From Octopus sinensis (lineage: Eukaryota): 64,000 nucleotides of DNA. Under the pieces are notes generated by a model that saw only the letters and a program-made list of their open reading frames with translations, searched no databases and was not told the origin of the DNA. The stretch spans positions 16,988,001 through 17,052,000 of the forward strand of contig NC_043017.1 of the NCBI RefSeq assembly GCF_006345805.1, given 5' to 3'. Shown here one piece after another: positions 63,747-64,000 of this stretch; within the stretch, counting starts at the first letter, position 1; the number at the start of each line of letters is the position of its first letter. Both the position numbers and the translations under genes were made by a program.

Positions 63747-63909
63747 CATGTGTGTGTTTGTGTGTCTGTCACAAAAGAGACCGATAGAATAAGTACTAGG
63801 CTTACAAAAAATAAGTCCTGGGGTCAATTTGCTCGACTAAAGGTGGTGCTCCAGCATGGCCACAGTCAAATGACTGAAATAAATAAAAGAGTAAAAAGAA
63901 TAAAGAGTA
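62741..63909 (+). mobile_element. SINE family A with its internal (TA)n expanded to about 840 bp and holding a 45-bp RTE tail (63582-63626)
   Basis: Head 62741-62905, microsatellite, AACCCATGCTAGCATGGAAAGCGGACGTTAAACGATGATG, partly deleted tail 63750-63909. Confidence 0.85.
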
Positions 63910-64000
63910 AATTGTGGTTGGAAGATAACAGTTTACTCAATGTAGCCAACTTCAGCTGCTCCCAAAGCCTCAAAACAACTCTGGAACCTGGTGCATGCAT

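Overview
Eukaryotic, AT-rich, repeat-dominated genomic DNA, most likely an octopod cephalopod. That assignment is inferred from the tRNA-derived SINE families, RTE and CR1 LINEs and the very long (TA)-rich microsatellites. No prokaryotic features and no CRISPR array were found. Bases 1-16.5 kb are a nest of CR1-clade and RTE LINE fragments, each bordered by (TA)-rich tracts, with one 100-N assembly gap. From about 23.8 kb a + strand host gene runs through five small, phase-compatible coding exons and off the right edge. Its product reads K/H-rich plus poly-Ser, then G/Y/P/Q-rich with GYPPQQ(A/P) repeats. The introns hold many SINEs, RTE 3' tails, MITEs, an 810-bp palindrome and a hairpin-unit minisatellite. 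The most notable signals are: (1) a head-to-head pair of minimal type I hammerhead ribozyme motifs (Penelope-like) at 10.3 kb and a second hammerhead core at 26.05 kb; (2) two inverted trimeric piggyBac-type MITEs bracketing a frame-symmetric 45-nt exon; (3) a covarying 3' stem-loop shared by CR1 LINEs and SINE family A; (4) a PHD-type Cys/His motif in an RTE ORF; (5) a strong sense-strand bias of intronic SINEs. The long Y/I/H/M/C-rich ORFs in the ORF track are microsatellite artefacts.
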